The notes under the pieces were generated by a model that was not told the DNA's origin, made no database searches, and saw only the letters and a list, made by a program, of their open reading frames with translations. A stretch of 64,000 bases of DNA, taken from the NCBI GenBank assembly GCA_051294375.1, contig JBJCIZ010000239.1:2245476-2309475 (forward strand), read 5' to 3'. Shown in pieces: positions 60,691 to 64,000 of this stretch. The stretch's first letter is position 1; each line of letters starts with the position of its first letter. The DNA is from Paraspadella gotoi (taxonomy: Eukaryota; Animalia; Chaetognatha). A program made the translations under genes and the position numbers.

Positions 60691-63128
60691 GAGACAATAG
60701 ACAATAGACAATATTAAGAGAGAGAGAGACAGAGAGACAGAGAAACAGAGAAACAGAGAAAGAGAGACAGAGAAACAGAGAAACAGAGAGAGAGAGACAG
60801 AGAGACAGAAATCCTCTAAAGATGAGGTTAAGCTTTTTAAAAAAAGCCGTCGTCCCTCCATCCGTAAATCTTCTCTCTAACTCTCAGCTCATCTCATCTT
60901 CTCTCTCTCATTTCCCCCCCCCTCTCCCCTACCCCCTCCTCCTCCAAAAGGTCGTTCCCCATCCCCCACCCACCTCCCCTCCCACTCGCCCGGATCCCTC
61001 AGTCCGGCCACGCCCACTTCCGGTCGAAGCGTCAACGTCTCTCGTCGTTCGCCGTCGCGTCCGCCGTCGCCGCCGCAGACGCGTCCGTCGTTTCACTCGA
61101 CGCCGCTGCCGCTGCCGCTGCTGCCGCCGGCGCCGCGGCGATCGCCGTCCCGCTCTCGATCGCCGCTGCGGACTTCGTCGTCGTCGCCGCCGGAGCAGCG
61201 TCTCGTCCAACCGCGCCCGCGTTACGGCGCCGTAGACGTGAAAGGGATGACGCCGCTTCCGCCGACGACGCCGCCTATGAAGACGCCGATGCGTGCGTCG
61301 CCTACGAGGATCGACGGCGCCGGTTTGGCGAACGGAGCAGGGAGGGCGCCGTTGTCGCCGGTGAGGAGGGAGAAGTCGTTGTTGTTGTCGTTGTCGTCGT
61401 CGTTCCGTGTTTATATCCGCTGTTGTTGTTGTTGTCATTGTCGACTTTTTTTTTCTGTCGTTGTAATCTTCAATGTCATTGTTGCTTTAAACTCTCTTAG
61501 GACTTCGCTGCTTTTGTTCGACCTTATTATTAATATTAAAGAAATAATAATAAAAATAGTAATAATGAAATTGGTACAATCAATATAAAAAATATCCATT
61601 CAGTTAATAAATAAGCTATCTCGCCCCTGACTTTGGGACAGGCTTTGGTGGTTTAAGGCCTCCATCACTCTTAAATAATGACATAACAGGTCCCCGCAAG
61701 CTTTCAATCAATATTACTAATACAACAACATTACAATATTACTACTAATAATATTACTAATGTTAATAAGAATCCTTTTTCCTCCCTTTCAGCCTCTACT
61801 CCCTCCACAACTTCTCCCCGCCTCCCTTCGTTCCTCCGCTCCCTGCTTCTTCCCCTCTCTCCCTCCCTGCTTTCCCTCTTCCCTCCCTTCCTCCCTTTTA
61901 TCCGATCCCGCTTTGGCGTCCTACTTGGCCGCAGCGGCGGCGGCCGCCGCCGCCTCGGCCGCCGCGACTAACCCCACCGGCGCCGCTCACTCTAGTCTGA
62001 GTCCCGGCGGCGTCGAATTGGCGGAAAGGACGCCGCAGACGATGTCGCCGGCTTCTCTGCATTCCGCGGCCTTCGCGCAATTACATTTGCTCGGCTCGAA
62101 TCTTACGCAGGGTAATTCGTGGGAAAAAATATCTTCAATCTAATTTGCATATTGTCGTTTTTTTGGTTTTTTTTGATTATGCATTGATAAAGTTTCGTTA
62201 TGATATTTTACAAGTTTTTTTTTCGTTTTTTTCCTGCATTTATTGGTCATATTTAATTATGATTGGATCTCGAGAGGATGATTGCGTTTGTTAATACAAA
62301 CAACTCGTTTATAATCTATAACATTCGTTCTTGGCATGAAATTTTGACTTCATTCTAATTCATTCGTTTGAATGTTTCGTCCGAATTAGACGAGTTGAGT
62401 CCTTTTGAATTTCAATGGTAAGATAATACCAACGTTGATACGCTATGTTGTCAGTTATTTCTATAATTAATATTATATGATAATGATTCCTTCTTTTTCT
62501 CTCTCTTCTCACTTATCACTTATCTCTTCTCACTTATCACTTATCTCTTCTCACTTAGGTTCTCATTCGCTCCCGGGATTCTCACCCCACCATCTCCCTT
62601 CCATTCCCACTCAACCGGTTCCACTCAAAATTTCCCCGTCGATCAAGTGAGTGGAAAAAACACGTGACCCAGTCACGGTGACACTTAACCATAATTTCTA
62701 TAACTAATTTAAACTAAAAGAAAATAAAAGCATTGTAATGATATTGATATAGATATGAGTTACGTCATTTTTTTTTTACAATGAATATTGACCATGATTA
62801 TTTTTATTTGATATTTATGAATGATTATTGACTTGATGGGAGAAAACTTTACGTTTAAAATGAATTTTATTCATTCATAAAAGTAATATTATTAAGAGGA
62901 CATAAGATTGAATTATGACCCCGGCCCTCGCTCTTTTCAGCCCCGCCCCACATTTGCCGCATCCTACTCCTCTCCTACCGCCCTTCGCCAGCCCGGGCCT
63001 CGGCCCTCACGGCCTCACCGGGCCGCATCCGCCGCCGCCTCCTCCGCCCCACGGGCCGCTTCCGGGGTCCATCTACCCCTGGATACTGGCCCGGCACGGT
63101 CGCCTGCCCACCGGTTTTCGATTACCGG
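60500..63128 (+). CDS. ems: empty spiracles/Emx homeobox transcription factor, 5' part; exons 60500-60587, 60951-61360, 61793-62111, 62559-62646, 62941-63128; homeodomain exon(s) not found in the window
   Basis: N-terminal eh1-like KMAFSIDAIVG and IYPWILARHGR..FRLPG motif typical of ems/Emx just before the homeodomain; all splice sites GT-AG with phase-compatible junctions (1,0,1,2,1). Confidence 0.85.
60626..60810. repeat. (GAAA)n and GA/GACA-rich microsatellites in ems intron 1
   Basis: Directly visible. Confidence 0.9.
61615..61687 (-). ncRNA. P5-type twister motif, family C, antisense in ems intron 2
   Basis: gttat..gagt GA tgg aggcct T|AA acc acc aaa g cctg tcCCAAAGT cagg..atagc; one extra C in L4 relative to 5843-5915. 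Confidence 0.7.
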
Positions 63129-64000
63129 GTAAGATATTGAGAAAGTGAGACGGTTTAATTACAATCAATCCTTTTCTTTAATGGTTAATCTAAATTAAGA
63201 AAATGATATTTATTTCCCCTTTTTTACTTATTGTTTTTTGTTTTTTTTCCAAATGAAAATATTTAAATAAAAGATTTCATTTTCCTAAAAATCTAAGCAA
63301 TCTAATTTATGTAAACGTCGCCAATTTGAAATAGTGCGCGGTTTCCTTCCATAATAATAATAGTCATAATCAAAATAAATTGCTTCTACTTTGACCCGAA
63401 ACAAAAGTCGTATTATAAACGGAACATCCATAAAAGAAATTGAATTTTCCCTTAATAACGATCAAAGTGAATTTTCTTTTCTTTTTTTTTTTATAGCCTT
63501 GCAAACCGTTTCCTTTCTTAAGATTCCCACTGACTCCTTGTTTAAATTTATGAATATCCGTAAAATTACGGCGGTTTTTATAACCGTCGTTTTATTTCTG
63601 GGGAGAATCAACTCGAGGAAAGATAAGAGAAGAAATTATTTTAAATCTTATGTTTTGAGACGTTGTATGAAAGTTTAGTGGATGAATGACAACTAACGGA
63701 CAAGAGAGGGTATTGTAGGAAGAATTACTTAGCTGATATTGAGGTCAATAGTTTCTGCTTAGTGCTTAAAAATGGTTCTTTGTTATATAAAAAAAAGAAT
63801 AGAATACAATAGAAAATAAACGAAATATAGACTTTCTAAGCTGCTTACAAAAATTCAAATTAAATATTTTCCCTCATGATTTATAAACCAAAAACAATAA
63901 TCTTGTATTCTTAAAATGAAAATAAAAAACAGAATGAAATAATATTCTTTATTTCCTAAATAGACTTTTAACATCCTCGATAAAAAGATTAAACTACAAT

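Overview
AT-rich, repeat-dense DNA from an invertebrate animal draft assembly, with N gaps. About 10.5-24.8 kb is an error-rich redundant copy of earlier sequence. Host genes: a four-exon C2H2 zinc-finger gene (minus strand, 52.5-55.7 kb) and the first five exons of an empty spiracles/Emx gene (plus strand, 60.5-63.1 kb; the homeobox lies beyond the window). Mobile DNA: a near-intact CsRn1-type Ty3/Gypsy element (43.4-48.4 kb), Gypsy remnants, a decayed APE-RT LINE with nested MITEs, hAT-like MITEs and Penelope-type minimal hammerheads. Main result: two divergent families of tiny non-autonomous LTR elements (TRIMs) with 4-bp TSDs, a tRNA-Trp PBS and a PPT. Their LTRs carry a tRNA-like Pol III promoter followed by a circularly permuted (P5-type) twister ribozyme motif, supported by covariation. 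A third short repeat carries the same twister architecture. The autonomous Gypsy in this window has matching PBS and PPT signals. Together these suggest an animal 'twister LTR-retrozyme' system. All RNA structures were derived by eye and are untested.
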